This document shows, in pieces, positions 40,398 through 49,351 of a DNA stretch of 64,000 bases. The notes beneath the pieces were generated by a model, which did no database searches, was not told where the DNA came from, and saw nothing but the letters and a program-made list of their open reading frames with translations. Source of the DNA: an uncultured Planctomycetia bacterium (lineage in GTDB: Bacteria > Omnitrophota > Gorgyraeia > 2-02-FULL-51-18); the NCBI GenBank assembly GCA_964402785.1, contig CAYODQ010000002.1:5763-69762 (forward strand), in the 5' to 3' direction. A program made the translations under genes and the position numbers. Every line of letters begins with the position of its first letter. Within the stretch, counting starts at the first letter, position 1.

Positions 40398-42365
40398 CTA
40401 CATGATCCTTTGCGCCACGTTATGCAATACATCTTCTTGACGCCGCCGATACTCCCAGTCTGGGGCGCCAGACCGCTGAGACAACGACATCATCTGATCT
40501 AAAAATTGCTCGGAACGACCCCGCACGATCTTCCCTTCGCGCTCCAATCGATCCAAATATTCTTCGTATTTGGGTTTCGTGGATGTCCCTGCCTGCCAAG
40601 GTTCTATCACCAACACAAGTTTTCCGGCCATCACCGCTTCCGAGATCATCGACATGGACTCACCTGTTACGATCACCCAATCCGACAATCCCAATATAGC
40701 ACTCACGCCGCCCTGACGATTGGCTTCATTGGCGATCAAAAGATATGGACACACCCGCTTATCCAGAAAAAAATGCTTCATCACCTGCTCGGCCCAGGCT
40801 GGCGTTCGGCGCGAACTGGTCGCGATCACCTCAACACCCTGCCTTAGACTGAACTGATGCAGCATTTGCATCCACTTTTCAAACAGCGCCAGCTGAAACT
40901 GGATTTTAGTGGTATCTCCGCCAACAAGCAATCCAATTTTCTTCGCGTGCCCGCCCAAAGACAGCTCCGCGCGTAGTTTTTGCGATTCCCTTGAGAGATC
41001 TTCTTGTCGCATGGCAGAAAGCGCTCCATCCGTCACGAATACACGGTCGCTGGACATGGCTTTATCGTGTTTCGGAAGAATGATAGCATCGAACAGCTCG
41101 TGCGACGTGCTGGGCTTCATGATCAAAACGGATTTTGCTTTATTTTCTTTTTTGATCCAAATATTCACATCTTGAAGCGACGAGCCGCAAGAAATAACAA
41201 TATCCGCATACGCACGCCTCATCTGGCGATAGCAATCAGGTTTCAATGCAGCCTTGAGCCACAGAGTCCTAAATGGGATGTGTCCCCGACAAAGAATGCT
41301 CAGCGCGCGCAAGCCCCCTCTAAAAAACTCGTTCCTGAATTGGATCTGAAGCTCTTCACAAAAAAGCCTGTCGGCTGTTCCTTGCGGCTCACGCATGCGT
41401 CGCATCGCATCCACAACCGCCATGGATTGATGCACATGCCCGGCTCGCCCATCACTCAACACCAGGATCTTTTTGTCGGGCGACGATTTCCAGCGCCGAT
41501 GACCCCAAAGCCACTGATGAGGAGATCTTCGGATCTTCTCTTCAAGGGTATCTGCAAATTGCTGCAAAATAAAACTCTCGGCGTCATCCGGCGCTGCATC
41601 TGCCGGAGGCATCTTAAGGGCATCGCCCACTTCGATGAAGTGCTTCTCGCCTTTTTGCCTAAAAATAAAAACGGGGAAAATGGGTGCGCCGGTTCTCATG
41701 GAAAAAGCGGCAACGCCTGGAGGGGTTGATGAGAGTCTGTCAAAAAGATGAACGAATCGCCCTTTCTTTCCGCCATCCTGGTCGCTCAAAATGGCCACGA
41801 TCTTGCCTTCGTGCAAGGATTTTAAGATCTGGCGAACCATGATCCCTTTGTAAATGACCTGGCTGCCTTTGGATTCACGCAACTTGTTCAAATAGGCATC
41901 CGATCGTGGGTGCTTTTGCAATCTCGCCAAAGCCACCAGCGGCATCCCCATCAAGCTGCCGGCAATATTCAGAAGCTCCCAACTGCCAAAATGGCCGGTC
42001 AAAAAAATGACGCCTTTTTTTTGCCTCAAAGCTTCTTCGTATTTCTCGCGGCCTTCGATCGTAAAATGTTCTTGGATATATTTAAGATCCATATCCGGGA
42101 CCCTGAGCAGATCCACGGCATTCATGGCTAAGTTCTGAAAAGATCGCTCGGCTATTCTTTTGAGTTCTTTGGGTGAATAGGCTTCACCCAGAGCCATCTT
42201 GAGATTGCGATAAGCAATGGCGCCGCGCTTGGAAAAAATAAACACAAGCGTCCCCACCCCGCGCGCAAAAGCGAGCGAAAAACTAAAAGGAAGCCAGCGG
42301 ACTAAAGCTCGCCCAGCTTGGACGACTTTAAGAATTAAGGCATCTTCTAATAAAGTCTTCTTCAT
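40398..42365 (-). CDS. lipid A late acyltransferase (LpxL/HtrB-like LPLAT) fused to an ELM1/DUF1022-like domain
   Basis: N-terminal ~300 aa has the LGHFGSWELL acyltransferase motif and a PIFPVFI region. C-terminal ~350 aa starts ILVLSDGRAGHVHQSM, matching the conserved start of bacterial ELM1/DUF1022 proteins. Confidence 0.65.
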   Translation of the reverse strand: MKKTLLEDALILKVVQAGRALVRWLPFSFSLAFARGVGTLVFIFSKRGAIAYRNLKMALGEAYSPKELKRIAERSFQNLAMNAVDLLRVPDMDLKYIQEHFTIEGREKYEEALRQKKGVIFLTGHFGSWELLNIAGSLMGMPLVALARLQKHPRSDAYLNKLRESKGSQVIYKGIMVRQILKSLHEGKIVAILSDQDGGKKGRFVHLFDRLSSTPPGVAAFSMRTGAPIFPVFIFRQKGEKHFIEVGDALKMPPADAAPDDAESFILQQFADTLEEKIRRSPHQWLWGHRRWKSSPDKKILVLSDGRAGHVHQSMAVVDAMRRMREPQGTADRLFCEELQIQFRNEFFRGGLRALSILCRGHIPFRTLWLKAALKPDCYRQMRRAYADIVISCGSSLQDVNIWIKKENKAKSVLIMKPSTSHELFDAIILPKHDKAMSSDRVFVTDGALSAMRQEDLSRESQKLRAELSLGGHAKKIGLLVGGDTTKIQFQLALFEKWMQMLHQFSLRQGVEVIATSSRRTPAWAEQVMKHFFLDKRVCPYLLIANEANRQGGVSAILGLSDWVIVTGESMSMISEAVMAGKLVLVIEPWQAGTSTKPKYEEYLDRLEREGKIVRGRSEQFLDQMMSLSQRSGAPDWEYRRRQEDVLHNVAQRIM

Positions 42366-43308
42366 CGCTCACTTCGAATTCAATTTCAAGTACCCAAAAA
42401 TTGACACTCTTAAGCTCATCCGCGCTCAATTTAGCCAACACAGGTTTAAGCCTGAAATAATCTTTTTCTGTTGTCACCACCTCTCGCAAACCCGTGAGCT
42501 GGCATTGTTTGATAAAATGCCTTATCTCCGAGATCTCATACTCGTGATGATCACCATATCTAGCCGCCAAAAGGATCTCGGCGCCCAAGAGCTCCACCAT
42601 TTTTTCAAACGAATAAGGATCGCCGATGCCGGAGATCGCTGCCAATTTACGCCCCCTAACCTCGCTGGTATTCCAGCTTCGATTTTTAAGCGGCTCAAAA
42701 AAACGCACGGGTTTGTGCATAGCCTCAAAAATGATAGCATTGGGCTTGATCGAATTTATTTTTTGCCGTATCCAATGCAAGTTCTTATGCCCGATATTGG
42801 CTTTGGTCAGCACAAAAATATCCGCGCGCCCCAGATTCTCCAGCGGTTCTCGCAGCGTCCCTCTCGGAATAAGACCGCCGGGACCAAACGGCTCTGTCGA
42901 GTTGAGCGTAATGATATCAAGGTCGCGATGCAACCTTAAATGCTGGAACCCGTCATCCAAGATCAAATAATTCACACCGTGCTTTTGGATCGCTTCCTGC
43001 GCGGTTTTGATACGGTCCCTACCCACTATGACCGGCACTCCAGGAAGCTTCTTTTCCAATTCCTTCACCTCATCCATGCTGTAACCGCGCGTTAAAACGG
43101 CGACCTTTTTACCCTCTTCTTTCAGCTCGCGCGCCAAACGCACCGTGAGCGGCGTTTTTCCATTGCCGCCCCAAGTGATATTTCCAACAGAAAGCACTCT
43201 TGCGTTCACTTTTTTGATCTTGTTTGGAAACCAGCGATAACTGGCATGCCACACCTTTATCACAAGCCGATAACCAGCGGCCAAAATCTTGGCTATTATT
43301 TTTTTCAT
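42328..43308 (-). CDS. lpxK: tetraacyldisaccharide 4'-kinase
   Basis: VLSVGNITWGGNGKTPLTVRLA P-loop characteristic of LpxK. Confidence 0.85.
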   Translation of the reverse strand: MKKIIAKILAAGYRLVIKVWHASYRWFPNKIKKVNARVLSVGNITWGGNGKTPLTVRLARELKEEGKKVAVLTRGYSMDEVKELEKKLPGVPVIVGRDRIKTAQEAIQKHGVNYLILDDGFQHLRLHRDLDIITLNSTEPFGPGGLIPRGTLREPLENLGRADIFVLTKANIGHKNLHWIRQKINSIKPNAIIFEAMHKPVRFFEPLKNRSWNTSEVRGRKLAAISGIGDPYSFEKMVELLGAEILLAARYGDHHEYEISEIRHFIKQCQLTGLREVVTTEKDYFRLKPVLAKLSADELKSVNFWVLEIEFEVSDEEDFIRRCLNS

Positions 43309-44621
43309 ACGTTTAACAGTCTCCTTCCAAGCGATTGTTCGAGAACCGATAGTACATAATCCAGGTTTTTTTGGGCAGCGCCTCGGTGGCGACCGATCAG
43401 ATCTTTTGCCGCCTCACCGATATCCATTCGTTTGCGTGCGTCACCTATCCATTCCACCAACTTTACTTCCAGCGCCTCTTTATCTTTCACACATACCGAC
43501 GCTTTTCCATTTTCAAACTCCTCGACCATAGACTTAAAATTTTGCATGTAAGGGCCGTACAAAACGGGCTTTCCAAAATAGGCCGGCTCGACCAAATTAT
43601 GCCCGCCGATGGGCACAAGGCTGCCGCCCATGAACACGGCATCGGATGCGGCGTAAAAATCGGATAAAACACCCATTTTATCGATCAAAAAAACAGCGGC
43701 CTCGCGATCATTTTCCGCCGAGGCTTCAAATCTCTTTGAATACCGCCGGACACCCAAACTCTTGTTAAGCGCTGTTTTCTCAATATCATCCGCCCGATCG
43801 ACATGCCGAGGCGCCAAAACAAGCCTGAGGTCATGCTGCTTTCGCAAGCGTGAATACACATCCAAAACGATCTCTTCTTCGCCCGGATGAGTACTAGCGC
43901 ATAGCCAGGTAAAAAGACCGTGTTCATCCGGCAGCTGCGCGCGATCCTTGTCGGAAATCTTCCATTCGTTGGGCGACCATTCAAATTTCAAATTCCCCGT
44001 CACCTGCACACGCGACTCATCAGCGCCCAACCGAACAAATCGATCTTTCATCGTATCGTCTTGGACGGCGATCCCGCTGAGCCTATTCAAGGAATGCTTT
44101 AGAAAGAATTTGGCCTTCAGATATTTTTTAAATGCGCGGTCTGAGATCCGGCCATTGACGATGAACGTTGGTATCCTTTTGGCGAATAAAACATCGATCA
44201 AGTTGGGCCAGATCTCGGTTTCAAACAAAAGCACCGTGGAGGGAGAGATTTTTTTGACAAATGCGGCAACCGCCCAACTCCAATCGATCGGAAAATAGCA
44301 AAGCGCATCGTCATCTGATTTGATCTTGGAAGCGACCTCATATCCTGTTACGGTCGTGGTCGTGAACAAAATCTTGGCTTCCGGCATGCGAAGCTTAAGC
44401 TGGGCGGCCCACCTCACAGCAAGCCCGATCTCGCCCACCGATACGGCATGCAGCCACACCACCTTGTGACCGGCGAGCTTATCCAAACAGTCTTTGGGGG
44501 GATTTCCAAAACGAGCAGAGGCACCTTTATTAGCCTTCCCCTTCAAAATAAAAATAGGTAAATAAAATAAAGAAAATATCGCGAAGCCGAAATTGTACAA
44601 AAACTTGGATAAAAAGATCAT
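43305..44621 (-). CDS. waaA: 3-deoxy-D-manno-octulosonic acid transferase (Kdo transferase)
   Basis: VWLHAVSVGEIGLAVRWAAQLK conserved N-terminal motif. 438 aa. Confidence 0.9.
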   Translation of the reverse strand: MIFLSKFLYNFGFAIFSLFYLPIFILKGKANKGASARFGNPPKDCLDKLAGHKVVWLHAVSVGEIGLAVRWAAQLKLRMPEAKILFTTTTVTGYEVASKIKSDDDALCYFPIDWSWAVAAFVKKISPSTVLLFETEIWPNLIDVLFAKRIPTFIVNGRISDRAFKKYLKAKFFLKHSLNRLSGIAVQDDTMKDRFVRLGADESRVQVTGNLKFEWSPNEWKISDKDRAQLPDEHGLFTWLCASTHPGEEEIVLDVYSRLRKQHDLRLVLAPRHVDRADDIEKTALNKSLGVRRYSKRFEASAENDREAAVFLIDKMGVLSDFYAASDAVFMGGSLVPIGGHNLVEPAYFGKPVLYGPYMQNFKSMVEEFENGKASVCVKDKEALEVKLVEWIGDARKRMDIGEAAKDLIGRHRGAAQKNLDYVLSVLEQSLGRRLLNV

Positions 44622-45499
44622 GCTCTGGGATGCGCCTTTCCGTATGCGTCTTTCAACCTCTCGATGGACACATGTGTATAGATCTGTGTAGTGGAAAGAT
44701 TCTCATGCCCCAAAAGCTCTTGGACAGATTTAAGGTCCGCGCCACGGTTCAAAAGATGCGTCGCAAAGGAATGTCGAAGTGTGTGCGGTGATATTTTTTC
44801 ACGGCGCGATGTTTGATCGATATATTTAAGTAAGGTGCGACGTACACTCCTATCCGTAAGCCGAGAGCCTCGCTGATTGGGCGAATGATTTAGAAATACG
44901 GCGCGCGATGACTTTTTGATCTGCTGATCCCTCAACTCCAGATACTGCCGAATATTTTTCAGCGCCCGATCACCGATAGGGCACAAGCGTTCTTTTGATC
45001 CTTTTCCAAACACACGGCAAACGCCGCTGATGAAATCAACTTTATCCAGATCCAAACTCACCAACTCCGACACGCGCATCCCGGTGGAATAAAGTGTCTC
45101 CAGGATAGCTTTGTCACGGCGGCCGTCCAGATCATTCGAAGGCGCATCAAGAAGACGGCTCACATCGGATTCATCCAATATGATCGGGAGTTTTTTCTCC
45201 TGCTTGGGATTGCGCACGGAGGCAAGCGGATTTTTGGAAACCAGCCCTTCCCTCACCAGAAAACGATAAAAAGTGCGCAACGCAGCCATGCGACGACTCA
45301 CCGTCCTTTTGGACAAACCATCCGCATTCAGCTTTGCCAAATATGAACGCACCTTGTCTTTGTCGATGCCCTCCACCGAAGCGTCACCGATGAAACTGAA
45401 AAATTCTTTAAGATCATGCGAATAATTCAAGATCGTATGCGGCGAATAATTTTTCTCGCCTTTCAAATAGTTGAGAAATTTTTGAAGAGAGATGTTCAT
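44618..45499 (-). CDS. tyrosine site-specific recombinase XerC/XerD family
   Basis: 293 aa with an N-terminal SAM-like domain. C-terminal HTLRHSFATHLL...LGHENLSTTQIYTHV carries the catalytic Tyr. No flanking att/tRNA, so it is probably the housekeeping Xer. Confidence 0.85.
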   Translation of the reverse strand: MNISLQKFLNYLKGEKNYSPHTILNYSHDLKEFFSFIGDASVEGIDKDKVRSYLAKLNADGLSKRTVSRRMAALRTFYRFLVREGLVSKNPLASVRNPKQEKKLPIILDESDVSRLLDAPSNDLDGRRDKAILETLYSTGMRVSELVSLDLDKVDFISGVCRVFGKGSKERLCPIGDRALKNIRQYLELRDQQIKKSSRAVFLNHSPNQRGSRLTDRSVRRTLLKYIDQTSRREKISPHTLRHSFATHLLNRGADLKSVQELLGHENLSTTQIYTHVSIERLKDAYGKAHPRA

Positions 45500-45501
45500 A
45501 T

Positions 45502-47769
45502 CTAAATATCGGAGAGATGTTTATCGTCTTCCGCGGGCCCTTGATCGTCAGCTTTGGGCGCTGCATCGGATCCCGGCTCAGCCGAATTCGCTGAGGGAAG
45601 TTTGTTGACGATATAGTTGCAATTGGGATAAGCCGTACACCCAAAAAAGGGCCGTCCGCGGCCTGACTTGGCGCGGCGCGCAACAAGCTTGCCCGTTTTG
45701 CATTGCGGGCAAACCACGTCGGTCGATATTGATTTTGCATTCTTGCACTCAGGCCACGCTGAGCAGCTCATGAAGCGGCCGCGGCGGCCCCATTTGATCA
45801 CCATGGGCTTGCCACATTTGTCACAGATCTCATCAGTGGGCTCAGCCACTTTCTTGACCGTTTGGATCTGGTCTTTGGCGGCCTCCATCTGCCCTTTAAA
45901 GACATCGTAAAAAGTGCGTACCACCTGCACCCAATTACAATGCCCTTCTTCGATCTCGTCCAACTGCTCTTCAAGTCCTGCGGTGAACTGAAAATCCATC
46001 ACCTTTTCAAAATGTTTCACCAAAATATCCACCACCAACATCCCAAGCTCCGTCGGCACCAAACTCCCGCCTTCTCTGCGGATATAATCGCGCCCCGTAA
46101 GCGTGGCGATGATCGGAGCATACGTCGAAGGGCGGCCGATCCCCTGTTCTTCCAGAGCCTTGACCAACGATGCATCCGTGAATCGCGCTGGCGGTTTTGT
46201 AAAATGCTGATGGTTTTGCAGATCCAAAAGGATCAAATTCTCCCCCACCTCAAGAGCAGGAAGCGGATTATCCTCATCTTCGCTGCGATCTGTGACGGCC
46301 AAAAAGCCAGGGAACTCCACACGGCTACCAGTGGAGCGAAAAATAAACTCGCCCGCTGCAATATCTGCCGTATCTTGCGCGATCAGCGCCGGCACCATCT
46401 GACTAGCCACCGTTTGCTCCCAGATCAGTGAATACAGCTTTTGTTGATCAGGCGTTAAGAAGGATTCGATCGACTTGGGATCTCTAGAAATAGCGCTGGG
46501 CCTAATAGCCTCATGTGCTTCCTGAGCTGCTTTTTTTGACTTATAAACATTGGGAGTACCCGGCAAATAATCCTTACCGAATTGTTTTGCAATGTAGTCA
46601 CGCGTCTCCTTGAGGGCTCCCTCCGAAATTCGCACTGAATCCGTACGCATGTAGGTGATTAAACCCACGCTGCCCTCGTCGGCAATCTCCACGCCTTCAT
46701 AAAGGGTTTGAGCCACCTTCATCGTTTTGGAGGCAGGGAAACGATATCGGTTATAAGCTGCCTGTTGTAATTTGCTGGTGGTGAACGGCGCCGACGGATT
46801 GCGCTTTTTCTTGAGATGCTTGACCTCCTTGACGATGAAGGGAGCATTTTTGGATGCCGCCAAAGCCTTATCGGCCACCCCTTTATCGGCCATCTCTATC
46901 TTTTTATCACCGATCTTTTCGAGATTGGCTTTGAAAGTACGCGTATCACCGCTCTTTTTTTTGAGATCCGCTTCGATGGACCAGTATTCTTCGGGTACAA
47001 ATGCCCGGATCTTTCTTTCCTGGTCGACGATGAGACGAAGCGCTACCGATTGCACGCGGCCGGCTGACAATCCACGGCCCACTTTCTGCCACAAAAGCGG
47101 GCTTAAACTATAACCCACGAGACGATCCAGCACGCGCCTTGCTTGCTGGGCGCCAATGAGATCCATGTTCAGATCATGCGGTTTTTTAAACGCCTCTAAA
47201 ATAGCGTCCTTCGTGATCTCATTGAACACCACTCGCCATACGGTTTTTCCTTTGCCGAGGGCTTCTTTCAAATGCCAGCTGATCGCTTCACCCTCACGGT
47301 CAGGGTCACAGGCCAGGTATATTTCTTTTTTAGATTTGGCTTTTTTCTTAAGCTCGCTGAGCGTTTTCTTCCTGTCTTTGACCACGATATACTTGGGCTC
47401 AAAATTATTCTCGATGTCGATGCCCATTTTACTTTTGGGAAGATCGATCACATGACCCATCGAAGCCGTCACTTCAAATCCGGAGCCTAGATATTTCTGG
47501 ATGGTCTTGCATTTGGCAGGAGACTCCACGATCACAAGCGCATGCGCTGGCGCTCCACCACCCACAAAATGCACAATCTCAATCTGGTCTCCCTCGCGCA
47601 CCGCCACATCCGAAAGACAGTCACGCGATACGATCTCAAGATTGTGTTCGACCACGACCTTTTCTTTCACGATCTTGAGCGCCTCTAAAAGCTGCAACAA
47701 ATTAATTCCTGAAGAAAATTCCCTCTTCTCTCCATTCAAAATAATATGAACCATAGATGCTGTGCTCAC
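45502..47769 (-). CDS. topA: DNA topoisomerase I with an in-frame N-terminal ThiS-like ubiquitin-fold extension
   Basis: TOPRIM start LVIVESPAKCKTIQKYLG and a catalytic Tyr region (SEGSVGLITYMRTDS). C-terminal Zn-ribbon repeats (CDKCGKPM..., CPQCKTGK...). The ORF starts at GTG 47769, overlapping the dprA TGA (GTGA). Confidence 0.85.
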   Translation of the reverse strand: MSTASMVHIILNGEKREFSSGINLLQLLEALKIVKEKVVVEHNLEIVSRDCLSDVAVREGDQIEIVHFVGGGAPAHALVIVESPAKCKTIQKYLGSGFEVTASMGHVIDLPKSKMGIDIENNFEPKYIVVKDRKKTLSELKKKAKSKKEIYLACDPDREGEAISWHLKEALGKGKTVWRVVFNEITKDAILEAFKKPHDLNMDLIGAQQARRVLDRLVGYSLSPLLWQKVGRGLSAGRVQSVALRLIVDQERKIRAFVPEEYWSIEADLKKKSGDTRTFKANLEKIGDKKIEMADKGVADKALAASKNAPFIVKEVKHLKKKRNPSAPFTTSKLQQAAYNRYRFPASKTMKVAQTLYEGVEIADEGSVGLITYMRTDSVRISEGALKETRDYIAKQFGKDYLPGTPNVYKSKKAAQEAHEAIRPSAISRDPKSIESFLTPDQQKLYSLIWEQTVASQMVPALIAQDTADIAAGEFIFRSTGSRVEFPGFLAVTDRSEDEDNPLPALEVGENLILLDLQNHQHFTKPPARFTDASLVKALEEQGIGRPSTYAPIIATLTGRDYIRREGGSLVPTELGMLVVDILVKHFEKVMDFQFTAGLEEQLDEIEEGHCNWVQVVRTFYDVFKGQMEAAKDQIQTVKKVAEPTDEICDKCGKPMVIKWGRRGRFMSCSAWPECKNAKSISTDVVCPQCKTGKLVARRAKSGRGRPFFGCTAYPNCNYIVNKLPSANSAEPGSDAAPKADDQGPAEDDKHLSDI
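47557..47754 (-). CDS. thiS: ThiS-like sulfur-carrier (beta-grasp) domain, no stop codon before the topA TOPRIM domain
   Basis: MVHIILNGEKREFSSGINLLQLLEALKIVKEKVVVEHNLEIVSRDCLSDVAVREGDQIEIVHFVGGG. The C-terminal IEIVHFVGGG matches the B. subtilis ThiS end exactly. Codons GGT GGT GGA are followed directly by GCG CCA GCG CAT GCG CTT GTG ATC GTG GAG. Confidence 0.6.
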
Positions 47770-48809
47770 GATTTCACCGAATAATACTTTCCGGGCAGCT
47801 CTTTAAGAGCGCCTTTGATCTGAAGCATGGTGAGAGACATCAAGACCTGTGAGGGCGCAAGCCTGGTCTTCTCGACGATCTCATCCACATGCAACGGCTC
47901 CGCATCGTCAAAGAGATCCAAAATGCCTTTTTCCTCCGGAGAGCTAGCCGATTTCTTGGCTTGCTTCAGATTGGCTTCTTTAAAAAGAACGCCGTATTCA
48001 TTCAAGATATCTTCGGCACAAGTAACGAACCGCGCACCTTGCTTGAGCAGCCAGTTGCTTCCTTTGGATTTGGAAGATTCATTGGCGGGCACCGCAAAAA
48101 CATCACGGCCCTGCTCCAGCGCCAATCCCGATGTGATCAAAGCGCCGCTTTTCTCACGTGCTTCCACAACGACCAAGCCGCGCGACAAACCGCTGATGAT
48201 GCGGTTGCGCATCGGAAAATAGGCTGGCATCGGGGTCATCCGAATCGGATACTCTGACACCACAGCTCCTTTTCTGGCGATCGCATCGATCATCTTCTTT
48301 CCGCCATGGTCGTAAACATTGCCAATGCCGCCACCCAGAACGGCCACGGTCACACCATCCGCTTTCAAAGCGCCATTGTGCGCCGCGGTGTCTATTCCTC
48401 TAGCCATACCACTTACGACCACAACTCCAGCGCCGGCCAGATCACAACCAAATGCCTCCGCTGTTTTGAGTCCATGGAGGGAAGCGTCGCGGGAACCCAC
48501 CACACCCACGGCAAGATCATTATCACTTGGAAGCTCACCCTTCACATAAAGCAGGATCGGTGGATCGAATATATTTTTAAGTGCTGCCGGATAGGCCTTA
48601 TCAAAAAAATGGATGATATGAACACCTCGAGCATACGTCATTTCGATCTCTTCATCGGCCGCTTTAAGATCGCGGGCTTTGGCCTGAAAAAACCTCTCCA
48701 AAGAACCGTGCTCCATCAATCCATTTTTAAACGTTACGGCGCCCATGCGCGGCACCAGTGATAAAGCCACCATTTGCCGCAACGTCTCGGTTATCTTAAA
48801 TGCGCCCAT
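47766..48809 (-). CDS. dprA: DNA processing protein A (Smf)
   Basis: Rossmann-like DprA core GVVVVSGMARGIDTAAHNGAL...AVLGGG. Conserved dprA-topA adjacency. Confidence 0.85.
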   Translation of the reverse strand: MGAFKITETLRQMVALSLVPRMGAVTFKNGLMEHGSLERFFQAKARDLKAADEEIEMTYARGVHIIHFFDKAYPAALKNIFDPPILLYVKGELPSDNDLAVGVVGSRDASLHGLKTAEAFGCDLAGAGVVVVSGMARGIDTAAHNGALKADGVTVAVLGGGIGNVYDHGGKKMIDAIARKGAVVSEYPIRMTPMPAYFPMRNRIISGLSRGLVVVEAREKSGALITSGLALEQGRDVFAVPANESSKSKGSNWLLKQGARFVTCAEDILNEYGVLFKEANLKQAKKSASSPEEKGILDLFDDAEPLHVDEIVEKTRLAPSQVLMSLTMLQIKGALKELPGKYYSVKS

Positions 48810-49351
48810 CAGAACCAGTCCTTTCCAAATTCAAACGTATCCCCTTCCAACCAAAGCGCTATCTCTTCGGCTACCTGCTGAGCTGTTTTGCCATCCGTCA
48901 CAAAACTCTTATCAGCCTTCTCATAATATTTCTGCCGCTCGCCCATCAGCCGCGCAATACTCGTCTTCATGTCCTCGCCCTTTAAAAGCGGACGATGGCG
49001 TGATTCTTTGACCCGCTGATACACGGTCTCTGGCGTCGCAAAAAGCGCTATCACCAACCCATTTTTTTTTAAATTTTCCATATTGGTAGCGTCCAACACA
49101 GCGCCCCCGCCTGTCGTGATCACCAAATGCTGTCCTCTCGAAACCTGCTCGATCGCAGATCTTTCGAGACCTCTAAAATAAGGCTCACCTTTTTTCTCGA
49201 ACAGATCCGAGATCTTGGCTTTGGCATCCTCTTCGATCTTATGATCCACATCCACCCACAAGCGGTTCATGCGCTTGGCCAATTGCTTACCTACGGATGA
49301 TTTGCCGGTGCCCATAAAACCAATGAGGACGATATTTTTTTCCGTCATCAA
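48809..49351 (-). CDS. aroK: shikimate kinase
   Basis: IVLIGFMGTGKSSVGKQLA P-loop. 180 aa. Confidence 0.85.
   Translation of the reverse strand: MMTEKNIVLIGFMGTGKSSVGKQLAKRMNRLWVDVDHKIEEDAKAKISDLFEKKGEPYFRGLERSAIEQVSRGQHLVITTGGGAVLDATNMENLKKNGLVIALFATPETVYQRVKESRHRPLLKGEDMKTSIARLMGERQKYYEKADKSFVTDGKTAQQVAEEIALWLEGDTFEFGKDWF

Noticed and set aside
44618-45499. Tyrosine recombinase as evidence of an integrated mobile element or genomic island
   Set aside because: The gene is Xer-sized (293 aa) with XerC/D-like motifs and sits between conserved waaA and topA. There is no flanking tRNA, no att-like repeats, and no cargo or phage genes. It is most likely the housekeeping chromosome-dimer-resolution recombinase.
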